Positions 34,406 to 44,524 of a stretch of 45,103 nt of DNA are shown here, piece after piece (position 1 is the stretch's first letter; every line of letters begins with the position of its first letter). The notes below the pieces were generated by a model. It was not told the DNA's origin. It saw only the letters and a program-made list of their open reading frames with translations, and ran no database searches. A program made the translations under genes and the position numbers. The stretch comes from a virus (taxonomy: Duplodnaviria > Caudoviricetes). The DNA is taken from positions 1 to 45,103 of IMG/VR virus record IMGVR_UViG_3300005758_000229. One strand, 5' to 3'.

Positions 34406-37274
34406 TCTTGGAGTGCTGTTCGTTGTAATGGACGATCGCGTTCGCAAGCTTGGCGTATCCGGACCCGGTGGTCACGGCCTTGACGCCGACATGAGTCCCG
34501 TAGCCGGCGACCGGGATGCGCCCCAGGGCGAAGCTAGGCTGATCTATGGTGGCGATCTCGTCCTTGGCCGTCGGGTTAGTGTAGTCGAACCCGATAAAGA
34601 ACTTCCAGCCGCCCTCACAGGTGACGTCCAGGCCGTTTACGGACTTAAACGTGGCCGGCTTGTTGGCGTCCAGGTAGGGGATCTCGACGGACACCGGGGA
34701 GGCGTCGTAAAGGGTTCCGTCGTGACCGCCGTAGATGTAGATCTTGTTGTCCTGGCTGCGCGCGTAGACCTTGTTTTCCATGGACGCGAACTCCTGGATC
34801 GTGAAGCCAGGCTCATATTCGGACCAGGCGTTGATCCCGGATCCGGCAAAGCTGGACAGGACGAACAGCCTGGAGCCCAGCGCCAGCCAATACCGGCCGT
34901 CCTCCGGCTCGATCACGGCCTTGGCGTCATACTTCTCGGCCTCGGTCATGGTCCGCATGTGCTCGATCACCAGCTGATCTACCGGAGATCCAATGTCGTT
35001 GGCGTAGGCTGCGTCGGTGTTTTCGCGCGCGCGCAGCGACCGGATGCCATTGTCGGCCAGGTAGAACAGATCTATGGCGCCGACGGACACGACTGAACCA
35101 GGGGCTATGCAGCCGGTGTTATCCAGGATCTGCTTCTGCGCGTTCTGAGCCGGATTGGGGTCAAAGAACCACAGCTGGCTGTTGCGCCTGGTGAACACGG
35201 CGACCATGCCCTGGTAGGCTCCGAAGCCGGTCAGATCCTCCCGGCCGCCGAAGTTATTGGACATGTCGATGAAGCCAGATCCCAGCTCGTAGACGCCCCA
35301 CTTGGTCGCGTCATTGAGCTTGGAGAAGTATAGCGTGGACCCGGACGCCAGGTATTCCTTGCCCTTGTATGTGGCAGAGAACGCCGGCTGGACGCCTCCG
35401 ACGCGGTTGAACCCGAACTGATACGGCTGGTTCGGCGAAGCCGGATCTACGATGATGATGGAATACTTGTCGCCTACGGTAAACGTGTCCTTGATCTCAA
35501 ACTCCATGATCTGCGGAGCAGCCTGGATGAGATTAGTCCCGCCGGAAAACGGAGAGAACGCGGACAAGGTGACAGATCCGACCGGGGTGGCTGAAATGTT
35601 TCGACCGTTTCCGGACGCGCCTGTCCCTTGAAGCGTCTCTATGGTTACCGTCGTGTTATCAGACACGGAAGCCGTGTATTCGACAGAGGACAGGTATGTG
35701 TTGATCTGGTTAACGACGTTCAGAGCCAGGGAGCTATTGGAGTTTTCCCAGGGGACGCGCGCGCCCAGGACTTCCACGCCGTCAACCGTGACGCTGCTGA
35801 TGCCGTTGAACGTCCCTCCGGCCAGGGCTCCGGTATATCCGGTAGCCTTCATGATCCACCTACCCGTAGGCTGCGACCTATCCTCTCCAGGACGGTAGTA
35901 TGGGCTGGGGAGGATCGTGTCGGCGGCGTAGCTGAAGAAATTGTCACCAGGGTTGCCGCCGGTAGATCCTGGGTATGCCGGCTGACCGGAGAACTCTACC
36001 CAAACGGTCCGGCCGTTGGCTTGTTCATAGTCTGCCAGGGGCGCGTAGAGCGTCCAAGCGCCTGGGTCCCATTTGTTCCAGCCGCCGCCGCCATGCCAAT
36101 AGGCCGCCGTATACCCGGTGCTCCCGGTGTTGGCGTTCACATAGGTTGAAAACGCGGCCGCGTAGCGCTGACCAGGGTCGCCGCCTATCCCGCCAGCCAT
36201 GCTCCAGGCCGTGAAACCCTGGATCGTGGCGATCACCGGCTGCCTAAGGGTGAGGACAACGTCAGTCTGATCCTCGGTCGCTTCATGGCCGGCGGTAAGG
36301 GTAAAGCCCTTGTTGGTCCCGTCGTCCCAAAGCGCAGCAACCTTGGCGAGATCCGGGATGCCGTTACCGGTTACGGTCATCCCGACCGTAATGCCGGTCG
36401 TGTCGGCCGTCGTCACGGTAAGGCTGCCGTCAACCGTCGAGCATGTCAGCGTGACAGGGGGTGGCAGCGGAGCCGGGAAGCCAAGGAGCTCTTTTGCAGA
36501 TCCATCCGGGTAGGCTACCCACAAGCCGATCGTAGGGGGTAGGTTAGGGTAAAGATGCTGACGCAGGGCGTAACTAGCGCTCGCCGCAACGGACGCAGAC
36601 CCGTTTAAAACGACGAACGACCCTTTGGCCTTCTTGTCCGGAGTAGGGTCTGTCTTGTTCTGAACCACGACCCCATCGACGGCCGGGTTTGAATTCTTGA
36701 TCATGCTACCCTCAAACGCGACGCCTGGAGGGCCGATTACTCGCAACTTATTCCCATTGATCACCTGGATCGAATAAGGCTGGTTTTCGTCGTTAGTGTA
36801 GGAGAACACGGACGCCAGGTGCGCGGCGATGCCGGCGTTGTTCATCATGGCTGCCGTGACGATGCCAGAGGTGAAGTCCTTGATGAAGGCGCCGTCCCAG
36901 AACGGGTATCGCTGGCCGTTGGCGAACTGAGCGATCACGAAAGGCTTGCCGCCATATACCGTTGAATAGACCACCTTGGTCATGCCATTGGCGGCGCCTT
37001 CCGGAGGCACCAGGCGCTGGTAGGTCACGCCGGCCGGCATCTGCGCAGCCAGGTCGTTAGATCCAAAGACATAGACCAGGCCGGACCCCGTCTCCAGGCC
37101 GAACGTCCCGGCCGGCAGCGTGTATGCCAGGTGGAAGGCCTTGCGCTTCTCGATCTCGCCGCCGCGCGTGATGTGCGCGTTGACCAGGGTCGTGAGCGTC
37201 CCAGGAGCTGAGGACAGCTTATGCCGTCGCGTATCAAGGCCTCCCTTGAAGTTTTCAACGACGATGTATGGCAT
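34392..37274 (-). CDS. Tail nozzle / tubular protein B-like with large inserted beta-rich domains
   Basis: NFKGGLD...LVNAHITRGGEIEKR N-terminus, LYFSKLND, GCIAPGSV, DLFYLADNGIRSL. Confidence 0.8.
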   Translation of the reverse strand: MPYIVVENFKGGLDTRRHKLSSAPGTLTTLVNAHITRGGEIEKRKAFHLAYTLPAGTFGLETGSGLVYVFGSNDLAAQMPAGVTYQRLVPPEGAANGMTKVVYSTVYGGKPFVIAQFANGQRYPFWDGAFIKDFTSGIVTAAMMNNAGIAAHLASVFSYTNDENQPYSIQVINGNKLRVIGPPGVAFEGSMIKNSNPAVDGVVVQNKTDPTPDKKAKGSFVVLNGSASVAASASYALRQHLYPNLPPTIGLWVAYPDGSAKELLGFPAPLPPPVTLTCSTVDGSLTVTTADTTGITVGMTVTGNGIPDLAKVAALWDDGTNKGFTLTAGHEATEDQTDVVLTLRQPVIATIQGFTAWSMAGGIGGDPGQRYAAAFSTYVNANTGSTGYTAAYWHGGGGWNKWDPGAWTLYAPLADYEQANGRTVWVEFSGQPAYPGSTGGNPGDNFFSYAADTILPSPYYRPGEDRSQPTGRWIMKATGYTGALAGGTFNGISSVTVDGVEVLGARVPWENSNSSLALNVVNQINTYLSSVEYTASVSDNTTVTIETLQGTGASGNGRNISATPVGSVTLSAFSPFSGGTNLIQAAPQIMEFEIKDTFTVGDKYSIIIVDPASPNQPYQFGFNRVGGVQPAFSATYKGKEYLASGSTLYFSKLNDATKWGVYELGSGFIDMSNNFGGREDLTGFGAYQGMVAVFTRRNSQLWFFDPNPAQNAQKQILDNTGCIAPGSVVSVGAIDLFYLADNGIRSLRARENTDAAYANDIGSPVDQLVIEHMRTMTEAEKYDAKAVIEPEDGRYWLALGSRLFVLSSFAGSGINAWSEYEPGFTIQEFASMENKVYARSQDNKIYIYGGHDGTLYDASPVSVEIPYLDANKPATFKSVNGLDVTCEGGWKFFIGFDYTNPTAKDEIATIDQPSFALGRIPVAGYGTHVGVKAVTTGSGYAKLANAIVHYNEQHSKNEAG

Positions 37275-37277
37275 AGA

Positions 37278-37979
37278 TTAAGAGGGTCGATCGTCCCATA
37301 CGGAACGGCCGCCGATATACCGGATACGCCGGCCATCATCCAGGCCGCCGCCATAGACGAACCGGTCTGTCTTGAGGCCCATGCCCTTGAGTCGATTAAA
37401 ATGGGACTGAGCCTGGCTGAGCTTGGCAGCTGCGTCCTGGGCCTTGGTCCTGGCCAGGTGCTCAGCTGCGGCGAACAGGACGATCAGAGTGTCGTCCAGG
37501 AGCGCCGTATCGGTCGTCGCGATAAGGGGAGGCAGCTTCCGGACAGCCCGGAAGCGCAGGATCTGGTTGTTGGTCGTCGGGATCGGCCAGACTTCAAATT
37601 GGTTGCCCTCGTAATGGCGCCAGCGCAGCGCGGGCTCGCTGGCCTCACCCTGGTCGGAGTCGTAGTTGTTCATCTCGTCGGTCCCGATGCCGTAGCTGAT
37701 CGGGTGCCAGAGATCGCTATACTTGACCTGGGCGCACATGATCCGGTCATAGTCAATGTCCGGGTCAAAGGCGTAGTAGCGTTCGCCGGCGAGCAGAGGC
37801 TCGTCCCGGTCGATCACGCCGAAAGACCAATCAAAGTCCTGCCATAGGCGTTCCTGTGTCCGGCGCAGGAGATGATCGAACTGTTCGATCGTGTTGACGC
37901 CCATGGACACGCTGGGCGACGCACCAATCTCGGCTCTGAGCTGGTCGCGCAGACTAAGGAGACTAGTGTTCCTGGCCAT
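37278..37979 (-). CDS. Head-tail adaptor (tail tubular protein A-like)
   Basis: DFDWSF, GERYYAF, FEVWPIP, LIVLFAAAE. Lies between capsid and nozzle. Confidence 0.75.
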   Translation of the reverse strand: MARNTSLLSLRDQLRAEIGASPSVSMGVNTIEQFDHLLRRTQERLWQDFDWSFGVIDRDEPLLAGERYYAFDPDIDYDRIMCAQVKYSDLWHPISYGIGTDEMNNYDSDQGEASEPALRWRHYEGNQFEVWPIPTTNNQILRFRAVRKLPPLIATTDTALLDDTLIVLFAAAEHLARTKAQDAAAKLSQAQSHFNRLKGMGLKTDRFVYGGGLDDGRRIRYIGGRSVWDDRPS

Positions 37980-37985
37980 GTCCGG

Positions 37986-38288
37986 TTAGGCCTTGGGCTC
38001 GTCTTTGGCCTTGGCCTCGATCTCGACGCCGACCTCGGAGAGATCAGACGGGACCTTGGGCATGGCGCCGGGGAAAACCTTTTTAAAAACGTCGTCGCCG
38101 TAGACGGACTTGAGGCGGTTAACCTCGTCGGCGTTGCTGCGCTTGATGGACTCGACGTCAACCGGGGCGACGACGGAGTCGCTGCCGTGGAGGTGCCGGA
38201 GCACGACGATCTCGGCCGCTGTCACGCGGCGCGTGGTCGTATGCTGGATGTTGCCGTTGAGGAGGATCTCTACGATAGCGGTCTGCAT
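37986..38288 (-). CDS. Conserved hypothetical protein downstream of capsid
   Basis: VTAAEIVVLRHLHG..V, EVNRLKSVYG, FPG. Confidence 0.7.
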   Translation of the reverse strand: MQTAIVEILLNGNIQHTTTRRVTAAEIVVLRHLHGSDSVVAPVDVESIKRSNADEVNRLKSVYGDDVFKKVFPGAMPKVPSDLSEVGVEIEAKAKDEPKA

Positions 38289-38326
38289 AGGCCTGGTAAT
38301 CTGTCCAGGCAGCCTGGACGCGCAAC

Positions 38327-38360
38327 AAAGAAAAGGGCCCTGGAGTTAACCAGGGCCCCT
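38327..38360 (-). terminator. Intrinsic terminator after the major capsid gene
   Basis: AGGGGCCCTGG-TTAACT-CCAGGGCCCTTTTCTTT. Confidence 0.85.
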
Positions 38361-38381
38361 GTTTGTAGGATCTAAGTCCGC

Positions 38382-39464
38382 TTAGGCGAACTTGTAGACG
38401 CCGGAGCTGTTGAGCTTCTTGGTCACAAGACCACCGGTCCAGGTCATGGCCTTGTAGATAACATACTTATCTTCGGGGCGAGCCGGGTTGTGGGTCTTGT
38501 TTTCTTCGCCGTCCATGACGTAGAGCTGCAGCGCATCGGAGTCGATGATGTAGCAGTAGTCCGTCTGGTTGCCGGTGCCGTCAGCCTGGGGGAGATCATC
38601 CAGGGTCGGGTCATAGACGAACTCACCGATGCCCAGGAGGCTGGTGGTGCCCATGCCGACGGTGTTGGAGCCGGTGAAGCCGGACTGAGTGTAAAGACCC
38701 TTGGAGTGGATCTCCTTCTCAAGCTTCTCCAGGGCGCCGGAACCGCAGAAGATCGCGTTCGGCTTGCCGCCGTAGCGCTTCAGCTGGCGCACTTCCTTGC
38801 GGAGGGCGTCGATGATGTTGGTCTGGCCGGACGCGTAGGTGAACTTATCCGAACGGTTGCGCCAGAGGGCGTTGGTCGCACGGGAGATACCGCCGGTGGT
38901 GCCGGTGGCGTTCAGATCCGTGGCGCCGCCGGTGATGGCGAGGCCGGGCTTGAGGAAATTCATCAAGCCGGCGACAACCTTGGGGTCCTGGGAGCCGTCC
39001 TTCCAGAACATCTGGTTCATGCCGCGGGCCCAGCCTTCGGACATGTCGTCGAGCTTGGCCTTGAGGATGTTGGTGAGGACGGTCACGTCGCGGTTGCTGT
39101 GCTTGGAGGTGCTTTCGCCGGTCGTGCTGTCAGAGACGGAGATGCCGTCGATCTTGAGCTCGGTCAGCGTGACCTTGATGCCAGCGTGGATTTCCTTCCA
39201 GGGGAAGGACGCGCGCTTCGTGTTGCCGGGGTTGTCGTAGGACACCTGTTCGTCGCCCTCGTAGCCGTGGATGCCGGGGAGGGTGTCGTGGAAGGTGATC
39301 GGGATGGTGATGTCACCCTTGCCGCCGGGGAAGGTCTGCTTGCGCTTGTTCATGAACGCGAGCAGGGGCTTTTCCTGGATGGTCTGGGCGAACGCGTCGC
39401 TCTTGACGTGGAAGTCGAGCGCGGACGCGACGATGTGGTCGAGGGAGGAGAACGTGGAGGGCAT
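38382..39464 (-). CDS. Major capsid protein
   Basis: 360 aa, after the scaffold and before a strong terminator. Optimised codon use. F.WKEIHAGI, GGISRA..WRN, MTWTGGL. Confidence 0.85.
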   Translation of the reverse strand: MPSTFSSLDHIVASALDFHVKSDAFAQTIQEKPLLAFMNKRKQTFPGGKGDITIPITFHDTLPGIHGYEGDEQVSYDNPGNTKRASFPWKEIHAGIKVTLTELKIDGISVSDSTTGESTSKHSNRDVTVLTNILKAKLDDMSEGWARGMNQMFWKDGSQDPKVVAGLMNFLKPGLAITGGATDLNATGTTGGISRATNALWRNRSDKFTYASGQTNIIDALRKEVRQLKRYGGKPNAIFCGSGALEKLEKEIHSKGLYTQSGFTGSNTVGMGTTSLLGIGEFVYDPTLDDLPQADGTGNQTDYCYIIDSDALQLYVMDGEENKTHNPARPEDKYVIYKAMTWTGGLVTKKLNSSGVYKFA

Positions 39465-39485
39465 GATGTTGTATCTGGTTCGTGG

Positions 39486-40547
39486 TTATGCTTGGAGTCC
39501 CAGCCGGATCACGTCAGCTAGGCTGCGCGGCGCCGGCGAGGCGTTGACGGACGACATTGAGCTGGTCGGAGTCCTAAGCGGCGTATTTCTCCCGGCGAGA
39601 GGCCTAAGGCGAGCGTTCACATCGGAGAGAGCGCGACGTGCGATCTCAATAGCTTCCGACGGATTGCTAGCCGGCCGTTCTGCCAGGAGGGCCTTCACCC
39701 GGTCCTGCACCATCTCGTATTTCGCGGACCATTCCGGATCCCTGGATCGTTCTACCTGTTCCCATTGGCTGACCGCGTTGACCATGGCCTGTGACTGAGC
39801 GATGGCCTCCTGCTGCTGGATGTATTCCTGCTCCTGTTGGGAGCGCTGATACTGCTGGGCCTGTCGAGCCATGATGAAGTCGCGCTCGGCTTGCAGCCTG
39901 GCGAGCTCCTTCGCGGACTCCTTGTCGATCAGCGCTTCATCAACCTTGCTCTGAAGCTCCGGCGGGAGGACGTCCCCCGTGAAGCGAGCCAGGTTCTGAA
40001 CATAGCCATTGAGGCGCTGATACGCCTCGACGGGGTTGTTCTTCATGAGCGCCATGACATACATGCCTTCAGCCATTTCCTGCGGCGTGAGGCCGTTGCT
40101 GGTCATGAAGGTGTTGATCTTCTCGAACTGCTCGGCCTTGGGTTTCAAGGCTTCGCGTTCGGCGACCATCTCCTGCCAGCGCGGGTGCTTGTGGAACGGT
40201 AGCTCCTGCGCATCGGGGGCTTTCTTCTGGCCGGAGCTGTCCAGGCCCTGGCCATCGGCTGCTGTTCCCTGCGCGGATACCTTCTGATCCCCCACGGTGG
40301 ACGATGCCGTGTCAGACTTGCCCTCAGCCGCGGATTTAATCACGTCTAAGAGGCCGATCTTCTTGTTAGCGTCCGTGTCGCCCGCCGGTGACGAACCAGC
40401 GGTGCCTTCGTTTAGCGTCTGAGCTTCCGGCGCAGCGCTTACCTGGGGCGCCACGGTCTGCTCAACAGGCGCCTGGATGGGCGCCTGGGTTGTGGATGTG
40501 GGGTCGATCGACGGTTCCGACCCGGTGCTGTTTAGCGTCTCGCTCAC
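39486..40547 (-). CDS. Scaffolding protein
   Basis: Disordered acidic N-terminus, LPFHKHPRWQEM, Gln-rich coiled coil. Lies between portal and capsid. Confidence 0.75.
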   Translation of the reverse strand: MSETLNSTGSEPSIDPTSTTQAPIQAPVEQTVAPQVSAAPEAQTLNEGTAGSSPAGDTDANKKIGLLDVIKSAAEGKSDTASSTVGDQKVSAQGTAADGQGLDSSGQKKAPDAQELPFHKHPRWQEMVAEREALKPKAEQFEKINTFMTSNGLTPQEMAEGMYVMALMKNNPVEAYQRLNGYVQNLARFTGDVLPPELQSKVDEALIDKESAKELARLQAERDFIMARQAQQYQRSQQEQEYIQQQEAIAQSQAMVNAVSQWEQVERSRDPEWSAKYEMVQDRVKALLAERPASNPSEAIEIARRALSDVNARLRPLAGRNTPLRTPTSSMSSVNASPAPRSLADVIRLGLQA

Positions 40548-40588
40548 AAATTCAGTCTTTCAGCTCTTTTTATCCTGGCAATAAGAGC

Positions 40589-42715
40589 TTAAACCCCATT
40601 TTGGGGGACCCCATACATCTTAGGCTGCGGGATGTTCGGGACCTGGGGGTTGACGTTGACGTTGCCACCGGCCGGCGCGCCAGGCGCCAGATCCGGGGCG
40701 GCCGGCATACCGCCGGCAGCTCCTTGCATATTGGGATCCTGGGAGGCTTCGATCTCGGCCATCTGCTTCTGGGCGTTCATCTGGACGATGGACGGCAGCG
40801 CAGCCCGGACGGCTTCAGACATGTCCAGGCCGTCGTCCATGCGCTTGATGGCCTCCTTGGCCAGCCAGGTCGGGTCAATGCCAGGGATCTGGATCAGCAG
40901 CGGAGCCAGGCGCTCAAAGGCAGCTATGTCGGCGGCCTTGTTCGGACGACCGGAGCTGCCGGCCTCGATCTCCAGGAGCAGCTCGTTGGCGATCTCCTGG
41001 GACGAAAGGGTCGGCCAGGCGGCGCCAGGGCCGGCGATCTTCATGGCCGTAGCCGGGTCCATAAGGGTCAGCATGGTGGCGCCGGCAGCGCGGGCCAGCT
41101 CGGTGAGGAACTCATCCAGGTCGTCCACATGCGAGCCCATGGAGCTCATGCGGCTGGACTCAGCCACGGAAACCTCGGTCGCCGTGTTGCCCGTGCCGCC
41201 GCCCAGGTTGGCTTCCTGGCTGCCGACGACGCGGAACAGGTCCTCCATGAACATGGAGGTGTCATACAGGGACGGATCGACCGGGATAGGCTGGACCGGC
41301 TGCAGCAGCTGGTTGACCGCCTGGCCGGGCTGCAGGGACATGAGCTGGATCACCTCGTTAGGCTGGCGATCCATGAGCTTCTTGACGTCGCCCTCGGAAA
41401 GCATGCCCACCGGCGTGACATACAGCGGCCGGTTGGCGTTCCGGTGCTCGCGCAGTCGCTGGCGCGCCAGGTTGTATTCAAGCTGGATCGGCTTCATGAG
41501 CCGGACGTCTGACGGCGGGTAAATGTCTCGGTCGGACTCGACTTCGTTGAACGCCAGGACAAAGAACGGCCAGAACCGCTTGAGCTTGATCTCCGGGCAG
41601 CCAGGTTCGACCAGGAAGTCCGGATAGCCGTCCGCGATCACATACTTGAGGCCGTCGCGCTTGCTGTAGATCTCCCAGATCCGGGCGACGTCACATTCGG
41701 TCTTTTCGTCGGAGCTGACGTATTTGTTCTCCTGGCGCGTGAACGACGTCCCCAGGTCAACACCGTAGATCTCCTTAACCTCGTCGCATGTGAGGATGAA
41801 CTCCTGGGCGACCCATTCGGCGCCGATGAAGCCCTTGAGCTGCCGGCAGCGCGTATCGACGATGATGGTCTGGGACTGAGGGAAATCAAAGACGATGCCC
41901 TCGTCGATGATCATGTCCTCCTTCTCAAGGAGCTCCTTCTTCAGCAGCTCAAGCTGCGCGCGCTTGGCGTTGTTCTCGTCGAACTTGTCGTCCTTTAGAT
42001 CCTGCTCCAGGCGGTCCAGGGTCTTGATCTGCTCGGTAATGTCCGTGAGCTTCTCGACGTCCTCCGGGCGCCTGGCCATGACGCGCTGGTAGCCGATCTT
42101 GACGAAACCGACGCCGGTGACGCATGTGCGCCGGACCAGCTGCTTCATCTGCCCCTTGATGTTCTGCGTCTCGATGATATGATGGAAGATGATCTCCATC
42201 GTCTTGCCGATCTTGTCGAGCTGCCGGCGTTTCTCGAACCCCTGTTCGACGTCGGCCATGAGCGCCATGGCGTGAGGATCCGGCATGCCGGTGGCCATGA
42301 ACGATTGCTGGTTGGCCGTGTTGGCTGACTCAAGCTGGCTGGCATCGCCCTCCCAAAGCGTGAAATCCAGGGTGTTCCGGCGCTTGGCTACCGCCTTCGG
42401 GTTCTTGGCGTAGAGCGCGGCGACGCGCGTCTGAACGTGGCGCTGCACCAGGTTCGCGACATACCGGTCGTCGTTAGGCCCGCGGTGGCCAGGCCATTGT
42501 TTGCCCATGTAGAAGTCCATGTCCTCCTTCATGGCCTGGAGGGGGCGTTCCCAATGCTTCTTGGCGCGCATGACCTTGCCCTGCCACTCTTTGACCAGGG
42601 CCTTCATGGAGTCCTTGGCGTTCGGATCGGGATCGCGCTTGATGCCCTTCGGCATCTGTTCGCCTTCGACGCCGGAGTCCACGTCGTAGTTTTCTTGAGG
42701 TTCGTTGGCTTCCAT
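40589..42715 (-). CDS. Portal protein (P22-like size)
   Basis: ~708 aa following terL. DMDFYMGKQW, GVGFVKIGY, TATEV, IEAGSS. Start ATG 42715. Confidence 0.88.
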   Translation of the reverse strand: MEANEPQENYDVDSGVEGEQMPKGIKRDPDPNAKDSMKALVKEWQGKVMRAKKHWERPLQAMKEDMDFYMGKQWPGHRGPNDDRYVANLVQRHVQTRVAALYAKNPKAVAKRRNTLDFTLWEGDASQLESANTANQQSFMATGMPDPHAMALMADVEQGFEKRRQLDKIGKTMEIIFHHIIETQNIKGQMKQLVRRTCVTGVGFVKIGYQRVMARRPEDVEKLTDITEQIKTLDRLEQDLKDDKFDENNAKRAQLELLKKELLEKEDMIIDEGIVFDFPQSQTIIVDTRCRQLKGFIGAEWVAQEFILTCDEVKEIYGVDLGTSFTRQENKYVSSDEKTECDVARIWEIYSKRDGLKYVIADGYPDFLVEPGCPEIKLKRFWPFFVLAFNEVESDRDIYPPSDVRLMKPIQLEYNLARQRLREHRNANRPLYVTPVGMLSEGDVKKLMDRQPNEVIQLMSLQPGQAVNQLLQPVQPIPVDPSLYDTSMFMEDLFRVVGSQEANLGGGTGNTATEVSVAESSRMSSMGSHVDDLDEFLTELARAAGATMLTLMDPATAMKIAGPGAAWPTLSSQEIANELLLEIEAGSSGRPNKAADIAAFERLAPLLIQIPGIDPTWLAKEAIKRMDDGLDMSEAVRAALPSIVQMNAQKQMAEIEASQDPNMQGAAGGMPAAPDLAPGAPAGGNVNVNPQVPNIPQPKMYGVPQNGV

Positions 42716-42728
42716 AAAAAAATCGTCG

Positions 42729-44300
42729 TTATGACCAGAAATTGCGCAACCTGTTTTCGGCATACTCCCTCATCTTGGAGGAGTGCTTGACCCAGGCCAG
42801 GGTGCCGGTCGCCGGCCCCTTGTCTGCCTTGGACGGAGCGCTCGCGCCCACCTGGAGGTTCAAGCCCATGCCGATGTGCGCCAGCCAATCGACAAAGTCG
42901 TCGTGCCTGGCGGCCGGGAACTTGAGCAGCTCCAGCTGCGCGTCCGGCCACCAGCTGGCGAACTTGGGGAAGAACACCTTGCCCATCGCCATACGGCCGC
43001 GGATCGCCTGGGCGCGCGTCTGCTTGTCCTTGGACGGCGTCACCTCGTCGATCGCGCAGTAGATCCGTTCCTCCTGCATGCGCTTGCGCAGGAACGGACC
43101 GATCGCCTTGGAGATGTGCCCCTTCTCAGCCCACCAGAGCAGCGGGGTGTTGCGCCGGAACTGATCCAGCATGGCGTCGCAGACGACGTCGGTCTGCGCC
43201 CGGCGCCAGAACAGGTCCGGCAGCACCCAGATGTTGTCGTCCTCGTCGATGCCGACGCAGCCCATGCACGTCTTGTCCGCGTCCTGGGCGATCGAGACGG
43301 CGTGGTCGGAGGCGCCATACTTGCGTAGGTTGGCCGGGATCGCGCTGGGGGAGTCGTAGGTCTGCAGCCAATCGCGCTTGAAGTAGTCGCCGTCCTCCGG
43401 CGTGGGAGCCCCCTGGTAGAGAGCTGAGAAGCCGGTGGGGTTAAGGCGCTTGATCTGATCCAGGGCCTGGATCGGGAAGCGCTCCGGCCAAAGGGCCTCG
43501 CCAGGCTTGCGCTTCATGGGGTCATCCTCGCCGGCGATGGCCGGCAGCGCCAGGATCTTCCAATTCTTGGCTTCGTCGGCGTTGTAGCACGGGTTCGACG
43601 GGTCGGTCAGCCGGCCGATCAGATCGTCCTCATGCCAGCGCGTCATGATGATGACCACCCGGCCGGCCGGCATCAGACGGGTCATGGCCACTTCCGTGAA
43701 CCAGGACCAGAGCTTGTCCCGGAGGTTCTTGGAGTTTGCCTCCTCGCGGTCCTTGATCGGGTCGTCGATGATCAGCAGATCGGCGCCGCGGCCGGTAAGG
43801 CCGCCGCCACGGCCGACAAAGACGGCCAGGCCGCCCTCCTCGGTCTGGAACTTGTCCGACGCCTTGCTGCCGGTCTTGAGGTGGCAGCCAGGGAACACCT
43901 GTTGGAACACCGGCGTCCCCATGGTCGCCCGGACGGATCGGCCAAAGTCCTGGGCAAAGTCGTCGTTGTAGGTGGCAAAGATCAGCTGCCGGTAGGGGTC
44001 CTTCCCCAGGAACCAGGCCGGGAAGCGCCTGGACGCCAGCTCGGACTTCCCGTGGCGCGGAGGCATCGTGATGATCAGCCTGGGCATACGCCCGGCCTCG
44101 CTCTCCTCCAGGGCGGCCGCGATCACCCGGTGATGCAGCGCGTCCTGGTAGCGCGATTGGGTATGGTCATCCGGCGCCTCCGGATCCGGCAGCGTGAACT
44201 TGGTGAACTCGATCAGACCGGACCTGGCCTTCTTAAGGCGCAGCAGACGCTCGGCGGCCTTGATCTGCCGCTGAATGTCGTCCTGGTCCGTCTCGCTCAT
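42729..44300 (-). CDS. terL: Terminase large subunit
   Basis: MPPRHGKS Walker A, LIIDDPIK Walker B, MTRWHEDDL, FP...HDDFVD nuclease motif. True start is ATG 44300. Confidence 0.95.
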   Translation of the reverse strand: MSETDQDDIQRQIKAAERLLRLKKARSGLIEFTKFTLPDPEAPDDHTQSRYQDALHHRVIAAALEESEAGRMPRLIITMPPRHGKSELASRRFPAWFLGKDPYRQLIFATYNDDFAQDFGRSVRATMGTPVFQQVFPGCHLKTGSKASDKFQTEEGGLAVFVGRGGGLTGRGADLLIIDDPIKDREEANSKNLRDKLWSWFTEVAMTRLMPAGRVVIIMTRWHEDDLIGRLTDPSNPCYNADEAKNWKILALPAIAGEDDPMKRKPGEALWPERFPIQALDQIKRLNPTGFSALYQGAPTPEDGDYFKRDWLQTYDSPSAIPANLRKYGASDHAVSIAQDADKTCMGCVGIDEDDNIWVLPDLFWRRAQTDVVCDAMLDQFRRNTPLLWWAEKGHISKAIGPFLRKRMQEERIYCAIDEVTPSKDKQTRAQAIRGRMAMGKVFFPKFASWWPDAQLELLKFPAARHDDFVDWLAHIGMGLNLQVGASAPSKADKGPATGTLAWVKHSSKMREYAENRLRNFWS

Positions 44301-44518
44301 CAAGCCGGCTGCGCGATGCCGCGGGCAGCGAGCTCGGCGTCGATCTCGGCGCGCGTCGGCTTCACGATCACCGGAGCAGCCGACCAGGACTTGCCGGGCT
44401 TGGTGAATTCCTTGATGCCAAGGCACTTCTTGCCGGCGAGATCCAGGAAGGCCGCGAACCCGACAGGGATCGCGAGCTCGACCAGGGGAGGATTGGGAGG
44501 GCGCTTGTATTCGCTCAT
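44300..44518 (-). CDS. Small hypothetical protein (possible fibre chaperone)
   Basis: Lies between the fibre stop and the terL start, translationally coupled to terL. Confidence 0.6.
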   Translation of the reverse strand: MSEYKRPPNPPLVELAIPVGFAAFLDLAGKKCLGIKEFTKPGKSWSAAPVIVKPTRAEIDAELAARGIAQPA

Positions 44519-44524
44519 GGGAGA

